Positions 8,193 to 19,192 of a stretch of 63,976 nt of DNA are shown piece after piece; the stretch's first letter is position 1, and each line of letters opens with the position of its first letter. The position numbers and the translations under genes were made by a program. This DNA is from an uncultured Chlorobiaceae bacterium (GTDB lineage: Bacteria > Bacteroidota > Ignavibacteria > UBA10030 > SZUA-254). The notes under the pieces are model-generated. The model made no database searches, was not told the origin of the DNA, and was given only the letters and a program-made list of their open reading frames with translations. Location of the stretch: positions 1 through 63,976 of the forward strand of contig CAYYIJ010000003.1 of assembly GCA_964471945.1 (NCBI GenBank), given 5' to 3'.

Positions 8193-9413
8193 ATGATGAG
8201 ATTTTTAGAAATATTACGGATAGCATTTGATGCACTGCTGCGTAACAAAATGCGCTCGTTGCTTACAATGCTCGGTATAGTTATAGGAGTTGGTGCAGTG
8301 ATTGCGATGGTCGCAATTGGTCAAGGTGCAAAAATTCAGGTAGAAGCTCAGATTAGCAGCTTAGGTTCGAATATCCTGATGGTTTTCTCCGGTTCATCGA
8401 GTAGGGGAGGTGTCCAAACTGGTGCGGGTACGGGAACGACCCTGACAGAAGGAGATCAAGAAGCTGTTAGAGAACAATGTCCTGCTGTAGCTTACGTAAG
8501 TCCACAAGTTGCAAGTAGTGCTCAAATAGTGTTTGGAAATCAAAATTGGTCGACAAGAGTACATGGCGGAACTGTCGATTTATTCGCAATCCGTGATTGG
8601 CAATTAGCATCTGGCGATTATTTTGTAGATGCGGATGTTCGTGCAGCAACTAAAGTCTGCTTACTAGGTCAAACGGTTGTGGATCGACTATTCGAAGGTC
8701 AAGAAGCAACGGGGCAAACAATTCGTATCCGGAATATTCCTTTTAGGGTTATTGGAACATTGAAGCCAAAGGGCCAGAATGCAATGGGACAGGATCAAGA
8801 TGATCTTATTATTGTTCCTTATACAACGTTGCAGAAGAGAATAATGGGGCACATACGCTCATGGGGTTTTATTGTCTCGGCGGTGAGTAAAGCAAAGATT
8901 CCTGAAGCACAACAGCAAATTACCGATCTGCTCCGTGCAAGGCATAAGCTTGGGCCAATGGATGACAATGATTTCATAATACGCACACAAACAGAAATTG
9001 CCGACGCACAATCTGCTACAGCGAATATCATGACTATCCTTCTTGCAAGTATCGCATCGATATCTCTCCTAGTTGGTGGGATCGGAATCATGAACATTAT
9101 GCTCGTTTCCGTAACAGAGCGAACTCGTGAGATCGGTATTCGGATGTCGATCGGTGCAAGGAAGTACGATATACTCACACAATTTTTAATGGAAGCGATT
9201 GTGATGAGTTTATTAGGCGGTATGATTGGAATTGCGTTTGGTATCGTGGGTTCAGGTTTTGTCTCTAAATTTGCTGGGTGGCCCACATTTGTAACAGCTA
9301 ACTCAATTATATTAGCCGTATTTTTTTCGATGACAGTTGGTGTTTTTTTTGGATATTACCCTGCCCGTAAAGCATCGAGCTTAAATCCGATCGATGCTTT
9401 GAGATATGAATGA
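8193..9413 (+). CDS. ABC transporter permease, MacB/FtsX family
   Basis: MacB_PCD-like periplasmic domain between TM1 and TM2. C-terminal FtsX domain (TREIGIRMSIGARKYDI). Confidence 0.85.
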   Translation: MMRFLEILRIAFDALLRNKMRSLLTMLGIVIGVGAVIAMVAIGQGAKIQVEAQISSLGSNILMVFSGSSSRGGVQTGAGTGTTLTEGDQEAVREQCPAVAYVSPQVASSAQIVFGNQNWSTRVHGGTVDLFAIRDWQLASGDYFVDADVRAATKVCLLGQTVVDRLFEGQEATGQTIRIRNIPFRVIGTLKPKGQNAMGQDQDDLIIVPYTTLQKRIMGHIRSWGFIVSAVSKAKIPEAQQQITDLLRARHKLGPMDDNDFIIRTQTEIADAQSATANIMTILLASIASISLLVGGIGIMNIMLVSVTERTREIGIRMSIGARKYDILTQFLMEAIVMSLLGGMIGIAFGIVGSGFVSKFAGWPTFVTANSIILAVFFSMTVGVFFGYYPARKASSLNPIDALRYE

Positions 9414-9425
9414 TTTTTTTTATTA

Positions 9426-10355
9426 TTGATAAATAATATGATTGAAAATGAAATGATTATAAAACGTCGTCCAGGCAATCCTAACATAAAAGTTTGGACA
9501 GATGATGAGCTAAAATTTTTACAAGAGAACTTTCCACTCTATGGTGCTAAATATGTTGCTAGTGAACTAGGTAGATCAATTCCCGCTGTGCGGATGAAAG
9601 CTGCAGATTTAAATATTCGAAGTAAAGCCGTTCGATATTGGAACGAAGAAGATGATGCATTTTTGAAGAAATATTATCCAAAAAAAGGTGGAATGTTTAT
9701 TGCGGAAAAACTTGGACGATCACATAAAAGTGTAATTGGACGTACAATCCGACTAGGGATTAGGCGTCTTAACTTTAAACCATGGCAGGAATGGGAGATA
9801 CGTTATCTGAAACGACATTACGGAAGTAAGACCGCCCGATCAATTGGACGCTCACTTAGTCGGTCAGCAAACGCTATATTGACAAAAGCGAAAATTTTAA
9901 AATTGAACAAGCCCCACGCCTCTTATTGGAATGAGGATGAAATAAAATTACTTCTTGAGCTTTATCCAAAAAAGGAAATATCGATCACCGAAATCGCTCA
10001 CCAGTTAGGACGCCCCATGAAAGGCGTAATTAAAAAAGCGCGTAAGCTTCACCTGAATCGGGATTTTTTTTGGACGAAAAAGGATCATAAATTCTTGGCG
10101 AAAAACTATAAAAGAATGACTTTCAAAGAAATTGGTAAACTTATTGGGAAAACAGAACGCTCGGTTTCTCATTATGCAAGTCGCCACGGCTTTCATCGAA
10201 CCCCAGGGCAAAGGAAATGGACAGAGGAGGAATTAAAATATCTTCAAGAGAATTTCGACAAATTGTCACCGACAAAGATTGCGGCTGATCTTAATCGTTC
10301 TAACCACAGTGTTTATTCGCGGATTCGATTATTGAAGAAAAATACCCCCACATAA
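9426..10355 (+). CDS. protein built of six tandem 48-aa GcrA-N/Myb(SANT)-like HTH repeats (paralogue of 4839-5723)
   Basis: Repeats start at W24, W72, W120, W168, W216 and W265. SVIGRTIRLGI closely resembles the GcrA N-domain AVIGKVHRLGL. The ORF starts at TTG 9426. Alternative ATG starts are at 9438 and 9453. Confidence 0.7.
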   Translation: MINNMIENEMIIKRRPGNPNIKVWTDDELKFLQENFPLYGAKYVASELGRSIPAVRMKAADLNIRSKAVRYWNEEDDAFLKKYYPKKGGMFIAEKLGRSHKSVIGRTIRLGIRRLNFKPWQEWEIRYLKRHYGSKTARSIGRSLSRSANAILTKAKILKLNKPHASYWNEDEIKLLLELYPKKEISITEIAHQLGRPMKGVIKKARKLHLNRDFFWTKKDHKFLAKNYKRMTFKEIGKLIGKTERSVSHYASRHGFHRTPGQRKWTEEELKYLQENFDKLSPTKIAADLNRSNHSVYSRIRLLKKNTPT

Positions 10356-10374
10356 TATTGATAATATCCAGTGA

Positions 10375-12390
10375 ATGTCCTTTAATCTCACATCAGATTT
10401 TAAACCTAGTGGTGATCAACCGCAGGCGATTCATGAATTAACCGAGGGAATAAAACGTGGGGATAAATACCAAACACTACTTGGAGTTACGGGAAGTGGA
10501 AAAACATTTACAATCTCTAATGTTATTGCACAAGTAAATAAACCTGTGTTAATTATGTCGCATAACAAAACGCTTGCGGCACAATTGTATGCTGAGTTCA
10601 AACATTTTTTTCCTCAGGATCGAGTCGAATTCTTTATCTCATATTATGATTACTATCAACCTGAGGCTTATCTTCCAGTCACTGACACGTATATACAAAA
10701 AGATTCATCAGTAAACGATGAAATAGACCGTTTGCGTTTACGGGCAACAAGTGCACTTTTGAATGAAGATGCAAATGTCATTGTTGTCGCCTCCGTTAGC
10801 TGCATTTATGGTATAGGCGCGCCGGATGAATGGCTCGCACAAATGGTGCAAATTAGGAAAGGTCAACGAATGGAGCGTAATGTTCTATTGAGGAAACTGC
10901 TTGATATCCATTATATGAGAAATGATTTTGAGTTCACGAGGGGGACATTCCGCGTGCGTGGCGATGTAGTTGAAATTATTCCCGCCTACGAAAATGAACA
11001 AGCAATCCGAATTCAATTCTTTGGCAATGAGATCGAGAAGATCGCTTCTATTCATTTTCTGACAGGTGATTTTATTTCCGAGATCGACCATGAAGTTATC
11101 TATCCAGCAAAACATTTCATCACTACACAACAGACGCTTGAGCGGGCTATAAAAAAAATTGAGATTGAATTGGAAGAGCAGCTTGATTATTTTAGAAAAA
11201 CAGGAAAGCTCCTCGAGGCACAGCGGCTTGAGCAGCGTACTAGATTCGATATCGAGATGATGCGAGAAGTTGGTTATTGCTCAGGAATCGAGAATTATTC
11301 TCGACACATCGCAGGTAGACCAGCCGGCTCTCGTCCGTTTTGTTTATTGGATTTTTTCCCGAAAGATTTTTTACTTGTCGTAGATGAGTCGCACGTGTCT
11401 GTTCCTCAGATTAGCGGTATGTGGCATGGTGATCGTTCACGCAAAACAACACTTGTTGAATACGGTTTCCGTCTTCCGTCAGCACTTGATAATCGCCCCC
11501 TTACGTTCATAGAATGGGAAGCGATGGTTAATCAAATTATATTTGTTAGTGCAACGCCCGGTCCTTATGAGCTCGAGAAATCTAAGGGCGTTGTTGTTGA
11601 ACAGATTATTCGCCCAACTGGTCTCGTTGATCCTGAAGTGGAAGTGCGTCCAGTTAAGAATCAGATTGATGATCTCATTCATGAGATCAGAAAACGGTCG
11701 AAGAGAAGAGAACGCTGTCTTGTTACTACGCTGACCAAGCGAATGGCGGAAGACTTATCAAAATATTTGAGCGACATCAAAATTAAAGTTAGATATATTC
11801 ATTCAGATATTGATGCGTTGGAGAGAGTTGAAATTCTTCGTGATCTGCGGCTTGGCAACTTTGATGTTCTCGTAGGTGTGAATCTTCTCCGGGAAGGATT
11901 AGATTTACCCGAAGTTTCACTTGTAGCAATACTTGATGCTGATAAAGAAGGATTCTTACGTTCAGAAAAATCTCTTATCCAAACGGCGGGACGAACCGCT
12001 CGGAATATAAATGGAAAAGTTATCCTTTATGCCGACAGTGAAACAGGTTCAATGAAAAGAATGCTGGATGAAACACGCCGTCGTCGGTCAAAGCAAATTG
12101 AATATAACAAAAACCAGAACATTACTCCAAAGACAATCTACAAATCAACTGAAGAAATCCTTGTCGCTACAACTGTTGCCGATGTTAAGACAGCTCGTGA
12201 TGCGCAGAAAAACCGTGAAAAAGCTCCGGTTATTACAGAATCAATTTTTAGATATATGACCAAAGATCAACGCAAGGACTTGATAGCTGAACTACGGATT
12301 GAGATGCGAAACTCAGCTAAAGATTTAGAATTCGAACGAGCGGCAGAGCTTCGTGATGAAATCGATCGACTTGAGCAAATGGTGAAATGA
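10375..12390 (+). CDS. uvrB: excinuclease ABC subunit B
   Basis: Walker [11 protein letters not shown], helicase motifs, C-terminal UVR domain ([12 protein letters not shown]). 671 aa. Confidence 0.95.
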   Translation: MSFNLTSDFKPSGDQPQAIHELTEGIKRGDKYQTLLGVTGSGKTFTISNVIAQVNKPVLIMSHNKTLAAQLYAEFKHFFPQDRVEFFISYYDYYQPEAYLPVTDTYIQKDSSVNDEIDRLRLRATSALLNEDANVIVVASVSCIYGIGAPDEWLAQMVQIRKGQRMERNVLLRKLLDIHYMRNDFEFTRGTFRVRGDVVEIIPAYENEQAIRIQFFGNEIEKIASIHFLTGDFISEIDHEVIYPAKHFITTQQTLERAIKKIEIELEEQLDYFRKTGKLLEAQRLEQRTRFDIEMMREVGYCSGIENYSRHIAGRPAGSRPFCLLDFFPKDFLLVVDESHVSVPQISGMWHGDRSRKTTLVEYGFRLPSALDNRPLTFIEWEAMVNQIIFVSATPGPYELEKSKGVVVEQIIRPTGLVDPEVEVRPVKNQIDDLIHEIRKRSKRRERCLVTTLTKRMAEDLSKYLSDIKIKVRYIHSDIDALERVEILRDLRLGNFDVLVGVNLLREGLDLPEVSLVAILDADKEGFLRSEKSLIQTAGRTARNINGKVILYADSETGSMKRMLDETRRRRSKQIEYNKNQNITPKTIYKSTEEILVATTVADVKTARDAQKNREKAPVITESIFRYMTKDQRKDLIAELRIEMRNSAKDLEFERAAELRDEIDRLEQMVK

Positions 12391-13094
12391 ATTTGCTGCA
12401 AAAGTATTTTCTTTATCCCATTCGTGATTTTATCTATCCACCGGTATGTCTTACATGCAGCCAACTTCTCAAGGATCATGAAATACATGTTTGTTCAATC
12501 TGTTGGAACAGTTTTACATTAGTTGATCAATCTCATCCGACATGGATACGGCTCAAAATGAAATTCGATACGGAAAATTTTGTGAAAAATATTGTCTCTT
12601 GTTATCTTTTCGAACAGGAAGGGAGATTGCAGGATATAATTCATCTTCTTAAATATCAGGGGATGAAAACACTCGGAGTGATGTTAGGAAGAGAGTTAGG
12701 AAAAATGATTGTAACCGATCCGTCGTTTTCTGGTACGGATTATCTGATACCGATTCCACTTCATAAACTTAAACAGCGTGAGCGCGGGTATAATCAGAGT
12801 GAATACATTTGTAAAGGCGTTTTAGCGGCTTCTGGGATACCTGTGCATGATTCCATTATCCACCGGAGAAAATATACACAATCCCAAACAAAGCTGAATC
12901 TTCAAGAACGTATAGAAAACGTTGAAAACGCATTTGAGGTCGATCAAAAATTCAAGTTTCTGGTTCCAGGGAAATCGTTTATCATAATAGACGACGTGAT
13001 TACTACCGGCTCAACTATAAATGCTTGTGCGAAAGAATTGATTTCCTTGAATGCTCGCAATGTTTTTGCCGCATCTGTTGCGATGGCAGAGTAG
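12387..13094 (+). CDS. comF: ComF family protein (amidophosphoribosyltransferase-like)
   Basis: N-terminal Cys pairs (CLTC...CSIC) and C-terminal PRTase motif [16 protein letters not shown] overlap with uvrB. Confidence 0.8.
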   Translation: MNLLQKYFLYPIRDFIYPPVCLTCSQLLKDHEIHVCSICWNSFTLVDQSHPTWIRLKMKFDTENFVKNIVSCYLFEQEGRLQDIIHLLKYQGMKTLGVMLGRELGKMIVTDPSFSGTDYLIPIPLHKLKQRERGYNQSEYICKGVLAASGIPVHDSIIHRRKYTQSQTKLNLQERIENVENAFEVDQKFKFLVPGKSFIIIDDVITTGSTINACAKELISLNARNVFAASVAMAE

Positions 13095-13221
13095 ATATCG
13101 GCAAAGAAAATATATAAACTATAAGATGTTGATTTTCGTTTCGTTTCTTGGTAAATTGAGACAACCTTTTAATAATATTATTCAGTGAATAGTAAAAATT
13201 TCATACGATTGGAGATTATTT

Positions 13222-14277
13222 ATGGTAATTAAAGTAGGTATTAATGGTTTCGGCCGCATTGGACGTCAAGTACTCAGAGCGATTAGGGATTACTATCCAA
13301 ATACATTAGAAGTAGTTGCGATAAACGATATCGGTGACTTGAAAACGATGGCACATCTTCTCAAATACGACACAAACTACGGCAGGTTCAACGGTAAGGT
13401 TGAGGTAGGTGATGGTGAACTGATCATCAATGAAAATGAAATCAAGATGTTTAAAGAAACCGAGCCGGATAAACTTCCGTGGAAGGAAGCGGGAGTTGAT
13501 ATCGTGATCGAGGGAACCGGACTTTTTACTATTAAAAAAGATGGCGTGAATAAAAAAGGCAAAACCGTAAAAGGCGCAGAGAATCATATCATGAAAGGCG
13601 GTGCGAAAAAAGTTATCATAACCGCCCCCGCCGAAGGTGAAGACCTTACGGTTGTTCTCGGTGTGAATGAGAATAAGTATGATCCTAAAAATCATCATGT
13701 AATATCGAATGCATCTTGCACAACAAATTGTTTAGCACCTGCGGTAAAAGTTGTTCACGATAAATTTAAGATTATTAGAGGCTTGATGACAACGGTACAT
13801 GCATACACAAACGATCAAAAGATTTTGGATTTACCGCATAGCGATTTACGCAGAGCGCGTGCTGCTGCTATGAACATAATTCCTACAACTACTGGAGCTG
13901 CAAAAGCATTAGCCCTTGTCATTCCAGAACTGAAAGGAAAGTTCGATGGTTATGCTTTGCGAGTTCCAACATCGACAGTATCGGTTGTTGATTTCACTGC
14001 TCAAGTTGAAGTGCCATGCACAACTGATGAACTCAGACAAGCTTTCAGAGACGCAGCCAGCGGTCCGATGAAAGGAATTCTTGCAGCAATTGACGAACCG
14101 CTTGTTAGCGTTGACTTCAAAGGGGACCCGCATAGTTCATCAGTAGATTTACCCTTCACTCAGGTTCTTGGTAAAGATAAAAGCGATTTCATCAAAGTAG
14201 TTGCATGGTACGATAACGAGTGGGGTTATTCGGTTCGCACGGCTGATCTTGCGAATTTAATTGCTTCGAAATTGTAA
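13222..14277 (+). CDS. gap: type I glyceraldehyde-3-phosphate dehydrogenase
   Basis: [12 protein letters not shown] motif and active site SNASCTTNC. Confidence 0.95.
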   Translation: MVIKVGINGFGRIGRQVLRAIRDYYPNTLEVVAINDIGDLKTMAHLLKYDTNYGRFNGKVEVGDGELIINENEIKMFKETEPDKLPWKEAGVDIVIEGTGLFTIKKDGVNKKGKTVKGAENHIMKGGAKKVIITAPAEGEDLTVVLGVNENKYDPKNHHVISNASCTTNCLAPAVKVVHDKFKIIRGLMTTVHAYTNDQKILDLPHSDLRRARAAAMNIIPTTTGAAKALALVIPELKGKFDGYALRVPTSTVSVVDFTAQVEVPCTTDELRQAFRDAASGPMKGILAAIDEPLVSVDFKGDPHSSSVDLPFTQVLGKDKSDFIKVVAWYDNEWGYSVRTADLANLIASKL

Positions 14278-14281
14278 TTCT

Positions 14282-14782
14282 ATGTTTTATCAGGAAGTAT
14301 TTGAAGCTTTAAATAAAAATAATGTTCGTTATTTAGTGGTGGGGGGTGTCGCGGTCAACCTACATGGGATTCCCCGCATGACGTATGATCTCGATCTTAT
14401 GATTGGTCTTGATGAAGAAAATATTCATAAAACATGGATTAGTTTGGCAGGGATTGGCTTCATACCTCGTGTTCCTATTGTAGAAAAGGATCTTTTAAAT
14501 CACACACGAAGATTAGAGTTAAAGAAGAATAAAAATATGTTAGTTGTCTCTTTTTTTAAAGGTAGCCGTGAATTTAATGTTGTTGATTTCTTTATCGAAA
14601 ATCCGGTTGATTTCGATCCATGTTTTTTGAATCGAAAAAATATTTGTATTAGCAATATAAATGTACCTTTAATAGATATATCTGATTTGATAGAGATAAA
14701 AAAACTATCGAACCGGAAACAAGATATTGATGATGTGATGGCATTAAAAAACATTTTAAGCAATCAAAATGAAAATATCTGA
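14282..14782 (+). CDS. minimal Pol-beta-fold nucleotidyltransferase-like protein (DUF-type, TA-like)
   Basis: VVGGVAVNLHGIPRMTYDLDL (GG-x-DxD NTase motif) and C-terminal PLIDISDLIEIKKLSNRKQDIDDV. Start set at ATG 14282, 4 nt after the gap stop. Confidence 0.6.
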   Translation: MFYQEVFEALNKNNVRYLVVGGVAVNLHGIPRMTYDLDLMIGLDEENIHKTWISLAGIGFIPRVPIVEKDLLNHTRRLELKKNKNMLVVSFFKGSREFNVVDFFIENPVDFDPCFLNRKNICISNINVPLIDISDLIEIKKLSNRKQDIDDVMALKNILSNQNENI

Positions 14783-14960
14783 GAAAAATATGTCAGGTGG
14801 TTTTTCGTTTCATGTAACCGATGAACAAATTGCTGAGTATCGAAAATTGCCTCTCGAAGAACGCCTGCGTTGGTTGGAGGAAGCACAGGAGTTTATATAT
14901 AAAGCTTTATCAAAAGAGAAATGGGAAATCATGCAAAAATTCAGACGAGGAGAAATCTAA
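14769..14960 (+). CDS. small 63-aa protein, putative partner of the NTase-like gene
   Basis: Overlaps the NTase-like gene by 14 nt. Its stop abuts the pgk ATG. Helical charged sequence (LPLEERLRWLEEAQEF). Confidence 0.45.
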   Translation: MKISEKNMSGGFSFHVTDEQIAEYRKLPLEERLRWLEEAQEFIYKALSKEKWEIMQKFRRGEI

Positions 14961-16136
14961 ATGAATAAAAAAACTGCAAAAGATATAGAACTCAAAGGCA
15001 AGCGTGTATTAATGCGTGTGGACTTCAATGTTCCAATGGACAAAGGTGTAGTTACTGACGATAAGCGAATCCGAGCTTCGCTGCCAACAATACAGTATGT
15101 TTTAGATCAAGGTGCATCACTTATACTCATGAGTCATTTAGGTAGACCTAAAGGTACAGGGTTCGAACCAGATCTCAGCTTGAAACCCGCGGCTGATGCC
15201 TTGAGCAAGTTATTGAATAAGCCCGTCAAGATGGGTTCGGATTGCATTGGCTCCGAAATTGAGTTAATGGCAGCTTGTTTAAAACCCGGCGAAGTGTTAC
15301 TTCTCGAAAATGTCCGATTCCATAGAGAAGAAGAAAAGAATGAGCCTGAATTTGCCAAGAGGCTTGCATCGCTTGGTGAAGTTTACGTGAACGATGCTTT
15401 CGGTTCAGCACACCGCGCCCATGCAAGCACCGAAGGAGTTGCTAAATATTTACCTGCTGTCTCCGGCTTCTTAATGGAACTGGAGATTGAGTATCTCGGT
15501 CGTGCAATACAAAATCCCAACAGGCCTTATGTTGCAATCCTGGGGGGAGCCAAGATAAGTGATAAGATAGCTGTAGTCGAAAATTTACTGACAAAGTGCG
15601 ATACGCTGATTGTTGGCGGAGGAATGGCGAACACTTTCCTTGCAGCAAAAAGTTATAATATGGCGGAGAGTTTAGTTGAAACCAACTCGATAGAAACTGC
15701 AAGAAAGATTCTCAATAAAGGCGGCATCAAAATTTTACTTCCAATAGATGGCGTGATAGGAAATAAAATCGATTCACAAATACCACCTAAAGTCATCGAG
15801 GTTGATAAAATCCCTGCTGGCAGGAGTATGTTTGATATCGGTCCAAAAACTGTTCAATTATTTAGTGATGCACTGAAGGGTGCAAAAACTATCGTGTGGA
15901 ATGGACCCATGGGAATGTTCGAAGATCCGCGTTTTTCTGAAGGAACATTCACCATCGCAAGATTACTTGCAAGCAGTGGTGCAACGACAGTTATTGGTGG
16001 AGGCGATACCGCCGCTGCGGTGAAAAAGGCAGGTGTCGCAAAACAGATGACACATGTTTCAACTGGCGGTGGCGCTTCACTTGAATTCCTGGAGGGCAAA
16101 ATACTTCCGGGTGTTGCAGCATTAGCCAACAAGTGA
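14961..16136 (+). CDS. pgk: phosphoglycerate kinase
   Basis: [11 protein letters not shown]-terminal motif. 391 aa. Typical PGK throughout. Confidence 0.95.
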   Translation: MNKKTAKDIELKGKRVLMRVDFNVPMDKGVVTDDKRIRASLPTIQYVLDQGASLILMSHLGRPKGTGFEPDLSLKPAADALSKLLNKPVKMGSDCIGSEIELMAACLKPGEVLLLENVRFHREEEKNEPEFAKRLASLGEVYVNDAFGSAHRAHASTEGVAKYLPAVSGFLMELEIEYLGRAIQNPNRPYVAILGGAKISDKIAVVENLLTKCDTLIVGGGMANTFLAAKSYNMAESLVETNSIETARKILNKGGIKILLPIDGVIGNKIDSQIPPKVIEVDKIPAGRSMFDIGPKTVQLFSDALKGAKTIVWNGPMGMFEDPRFSEGTFTIARLLASSGATTVIGGGDTAAAVKKAGVAKQMTHVSTGGGASLEFLEGKILPGVAALANK

Positions 16137-16185
16137 AACTGTAATCGGTTTCCATGCGTTTATAATAGTAAAGGATTTTATCTGG

Positions 16186-17100
16186 ATGACTTATTATCGT
16201 TACTCAAGCTCAAGTTATTACCGACCGTCTTTTTTCGGTGGATTCAAGTTTTTCCCCACCGTTATTAAAGCGTTATTGATTAGTAACGTTGGAATCTTTT
16301 TCCTCACAAGCTTCTTTGGACTATTCAGTATTCAAGGTTTGCCCCTTTCCGCTATAATTAATATGATTTTTCCTCTTTATCCATTAGAAAAGGGTTTCGA
16401 AATATGGCAAATATTTACATACATGTTCATGCACGGTGGTTTAATGCATCTCTTTTTCAACATGTTTGCACTCTGGATGTTCGGGATGGAATTGGAAAAT
16501 AACTGGGGTTCGAGAAAGTTCCTCTTCTACTATTTATTGTGTGGTTTAGGCGCGGGCTTAGCAAACTTGTTTATTGCTCCAATTTTTGGTACCACCGCTC
16601 CGACTGTTGGGGCATCGGGAGCTGTTTATGGAGTTCTTCTTGCATTCGGATTGCTATATCCGGATAGACCAATATTTTTGTACCTTCTACTGCCAGTACG
16701 TGCAAAATATTTTGTAATAGGATATATGCTATTAGAACTATATGCAGGGGTTACTGGCACAGACGATGGTATCGCTCACTTTGCACATTTAGGTGGTGCC
16801 GCTGTTGGCTTGATATACTTAATGCTGGAACGGTATGGGTATTCATTCGATAAGCTTTTCCCTCGTTCAGGATCTCATTATGTTGGCGGCGGAAAATCCA
16901 CATCAAACGGATATGAATACGTTTCTTCAGAAAATAAAGAGGTCAGCGATGCAAATTTCTATGATATTCATGATGAGGAGAATCGAATTAACCAATCGCA
17001 GATTGATGAAATACTAGATAAAATCAATCGGAATGGATACCAGAGTTTGACAGAAGAAGAGAAGAAGATATTGTTTGAAGCAAGCAAGAAGTTGAATTAG
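16186..17100 (+). CDS. rhomboid family intramembrane serine protease
   Basis: GASGAVYG catalytic Ser motif, HLGGA His, multi-TM core. C-terminal soluble tail (DEILDKINRNGYQSLTEEEKKIL). Confidence 0.85.
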   Translation: MTYYRYSSSSYYRPSFFGGFKFFPTVIKALLISNVGIFFLTSFFGLFSIQGLPLSAIINMIFPLYPLEKGFEIWQIFTYMFMHGGLMHLFFNMFALWMFGMELENNWGSRKFLFYYLLCGLGAGLANLFIAPIFGTTAPTVGASGAVYGVLLAFGLLYPDRPIFLYLLLPVRAKYFVIGYMLLELYAGVTGTDDGIAHFAHLGGAAVGLIYLMLERYGYSFDKLFPRSGSHYVGGGKSTSNGYEYVSSENKEVSDANFYDIHDEENRINQSQIDEILDKINRNGYQSLTEEEKKILFEASKKLN

Positions 17101-17119
17101 GACAGAAGATAGATAAGAA

Positions 17120-18202
17120 ATGAATATCACACACCAAACATACAAAGTTGGAATACGACGGCAAACCAGACAAATAAATGTTGGCGGAGTCCTGATTGGT
17201 GGTAATGCCCCGATCTCCGTGCAAACAATGACCAAGACTAGAACATCGGATGTTGTTGCAACGGTTGCACAAATAAAACAGGTGGAAGATGCTGGCTGCG
17301 ATATTATTCGTGTAACTGTAAACGATAAAGAAGCGGCAGAAGCAATCGCTGAGATTGTAAAACAATCTCCAATTCCTGTCGTAGCAGATATACATTTCAA
17401 TCATGTCTTTGCGTTAAAGTCAATTGAAGCAAATGTAGCAAAAGTTCGAATAAATCCAGGCAATATTGGAACTAAGGAAAGAATTCGGGAAGTTCTTAGT
17501 GCAGCGAAAAAGAAAAATATCCCCATTCGTATCGGTGTAAACTCTGGTTCGCTTGAGGAAGATATTTTACAAAAATATGGTTATCCAACTGCTGAGGCGC
17601 TCTTTGAAAGTGCAATGAGGCATGTTGAAATTTGTGAGGAGTTTGGATTCAAAGATATCATCATCTCCGCGAAATCAACTGATGTCAAATTGATGATTGA
17701 AACATACCGATTGATTGCTCAACGAACAGATATACCACTACATCTTGGAGTTACGGAAGCGGGTACAACAAAAGTCGGAACGATAAAGTCTGCGGTCGGA
17801 ATTGGAACGCTGTTAGCAGAAGGTATCGGTGACACGATTCGTGTTTCCCTGACCGACGATCCTGTCAAAGAAGTTGAGGTCGGAAAGGAGATTCTCCGTT
17901 CACTAAGTCTTGCGTCAAGAAATGTAGAATTGATTGCCTGTCCAACATGTGGACGTTTGGAGGTTGATCTTTTTAGCATTGTGAAAAAGCTTGAGGAAAA
18001 ACTTTCAGGAATTAAAAAACCGATAAAGATTGCTATTCTTGGCTGTGTAGTAAATGGTCCCGGCGAAGCAAGTGAAGCTGATATTGGTATAGCGGCGGGT
18101 AAAGGGATGGCTATATTGTATCGAAAAGGTGAGGTGATAAAGCATGTTAATGAAGACGAGATTGTTTTGACTGTTTTAGATGAAGTGGAGAAGTTCAAGT
18201 AA
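17120..18202 (+). CDS. ispG: 4-hydroxy-3-methylbut-2-en-1-yl diphosphate synthase
   Basis: GcpE family. Fe-S cysteines in CPTCGR and GCVVNGPGE. Confidence 0.95.
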   Translation: MNITHQTYKVGIRRQTRQINVGGVLIGGNAPISVQTMTKTRTSDVVATVAQIKQVEDAGCDIIRVTVNDKEAAEAIAEIVKQSPIPVVADIHFNHVFALKSIEANVAKVRINPGNIGTKERIREVLSAAKKKNIPIRIGVNSGSLEEDILQKYGYPTAEALFESAMRHVEICEEFGFKDIIISAKSTDVKLMIETYRLIAQRTDIPLHLGVTEAGTTKVGTIKSAVGIGTLLAEGIGDTIRVSLTDDPVKEVEVGKEILRSLSLASRNVELIACPTCGRLEVDLFSIVKKLEEKLSGIKKPIKIAILGCVVNGPGEASEADIGIAAGKGMAILYRKGEVIKHVNEDEIVLTVLDEVEKFK

Positions 18203-18296
18203 AACTAATTAACCCAATTTTTTTTTGCAATTCTTCACAATATTTCCTAAATTTCCTTTCAATATTTTGAATAATCCTAAATTTTATTAAAATTCC

Positions 18297-18653
18297 ATGC
18301 TTGTTGATTACGTTCCCATCGGTATTATGATTGTGTTGGGCGTTGCGTTTGGTGTTATAATGTCGAAGGCAAGCGAATGGTTTGGTCCAAAAAATCCGAA
18401 CGACATCAAGCAGTCGATTTATGAAAGCGGCATGGAACCAATCCGCTCGGCACGCGAGAGGATGTCGATTAAATACTACATGGTTGCGATGCTGTTCATT
18501 ATTTTCGACATCGAAGTTGTGTTTCTTTATCCTTGGGCGGTGAACTTCAAACAATTAGGAATGTTTGGTCTCATCGAGATGTTTATCTTCATAGCGATTC
18601 TGATGATAGGTTTTGTGTATGTGTGGAAGAAAGGTGGGCTCAAATGGGATTAA
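18297..18653 (+). CDS. nuoA: NADH-quinone oxidoreductase subunit A
   Basis: 118 aa, 3 TM, YESGMEP motif. Confidence 0.9.
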   Translation: MLVDYVPIGIMIVLGVAFGVIMSKASEWFGPKNPNDIKQSIYESGMEPIRSARERMSIKYYMVAMLFIIFDIEVVFLYPWAVNFKQLGMFGLIEMFIFIAILMIGFVYVWKKGGLKWD

Positions 18654-19192
18654 TGAAACATGACGAGCCGTTCATTACAACAAAATTAGATGACATTATT
18701 GCATGGGCACGAAAAAATTCATTGTGGCCCATGCCAATGGGAATATCTTGTTGTGCAATAGAAATGATGTCCTTCGCAGGTCCCCGGTACGATTGCTCGC
18801 GCTTCGGCTCTGAAGCATTTCGATTTTCACCACGCCAGAGTGATTTAATGATTGTTGCTGGAACGGTTACCTATAAAATGTCGCACGTTGTTCGAAAAAT
18901 TTATGATCAGATGCCTGATCCTAAATGGGTGATTGCGATGGGTGCTTGTACTTCAACAGGTGGAATGTATCGTGTATATTCAGTCGTACAGGGGATCGAC
19001 TTATTTATCCCAGTTGATGTTTATGTAGCTGGATGCCCACCTCGTCCGGATAATTTAATAAAGGGATTAATGGAAATTCAGAAAAAAATTGCGCGAGGTG
19101 AAAAACCAGGGCAAGTGGAAAAGGTATATATTCAAGAATTTATACAAAATAATGAAAGAAAAACTCCTCGAAAAACTGAAATTACATTTTAA
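18644..19192 (+). CDS. nuoB: NADH-quinone oxidoreductase subunit B
   Basis: CCAIEMM and GACTSTGG...GCPP cluster-N2 cysteines. Start set at ATG 18644 ([10 protein letters not shown]). Confidence 0.9.
   Translation: MGLMKHDEPFITTKLDDIIAWARKNSLWPMPMGISCCAIEMMSFAGPRYDCSRFGSEAFRFSPRQSDLMIVAGTVTYKMSHVVRKIYDQMPDPKWVIAMGACTSTGGMYRVYSVVQGIDLFIPVDVYVAGCPPRPDNLIKGLMEIQKKIARGEKPGQVEKVYIQEFIQNNERKTPRKTEITF

Noticed and set aside
17014-17404. Long antisense ORFs inside well-supported genes, for example 17014-17400 and 17024-17404 opposite ispG. Others include 8819-9286 opposite the MacB permease, 62126-62599 opposite plsY, 17719-18198, 58636-59236 and 28532-29221.
   Set aside because: They lie entirely within, and antisense to or out of frame with, genes that have strong family motifs. 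Their translations are low-complexity or Ser/Pro/Ile-rich shadow-ORF sequence.
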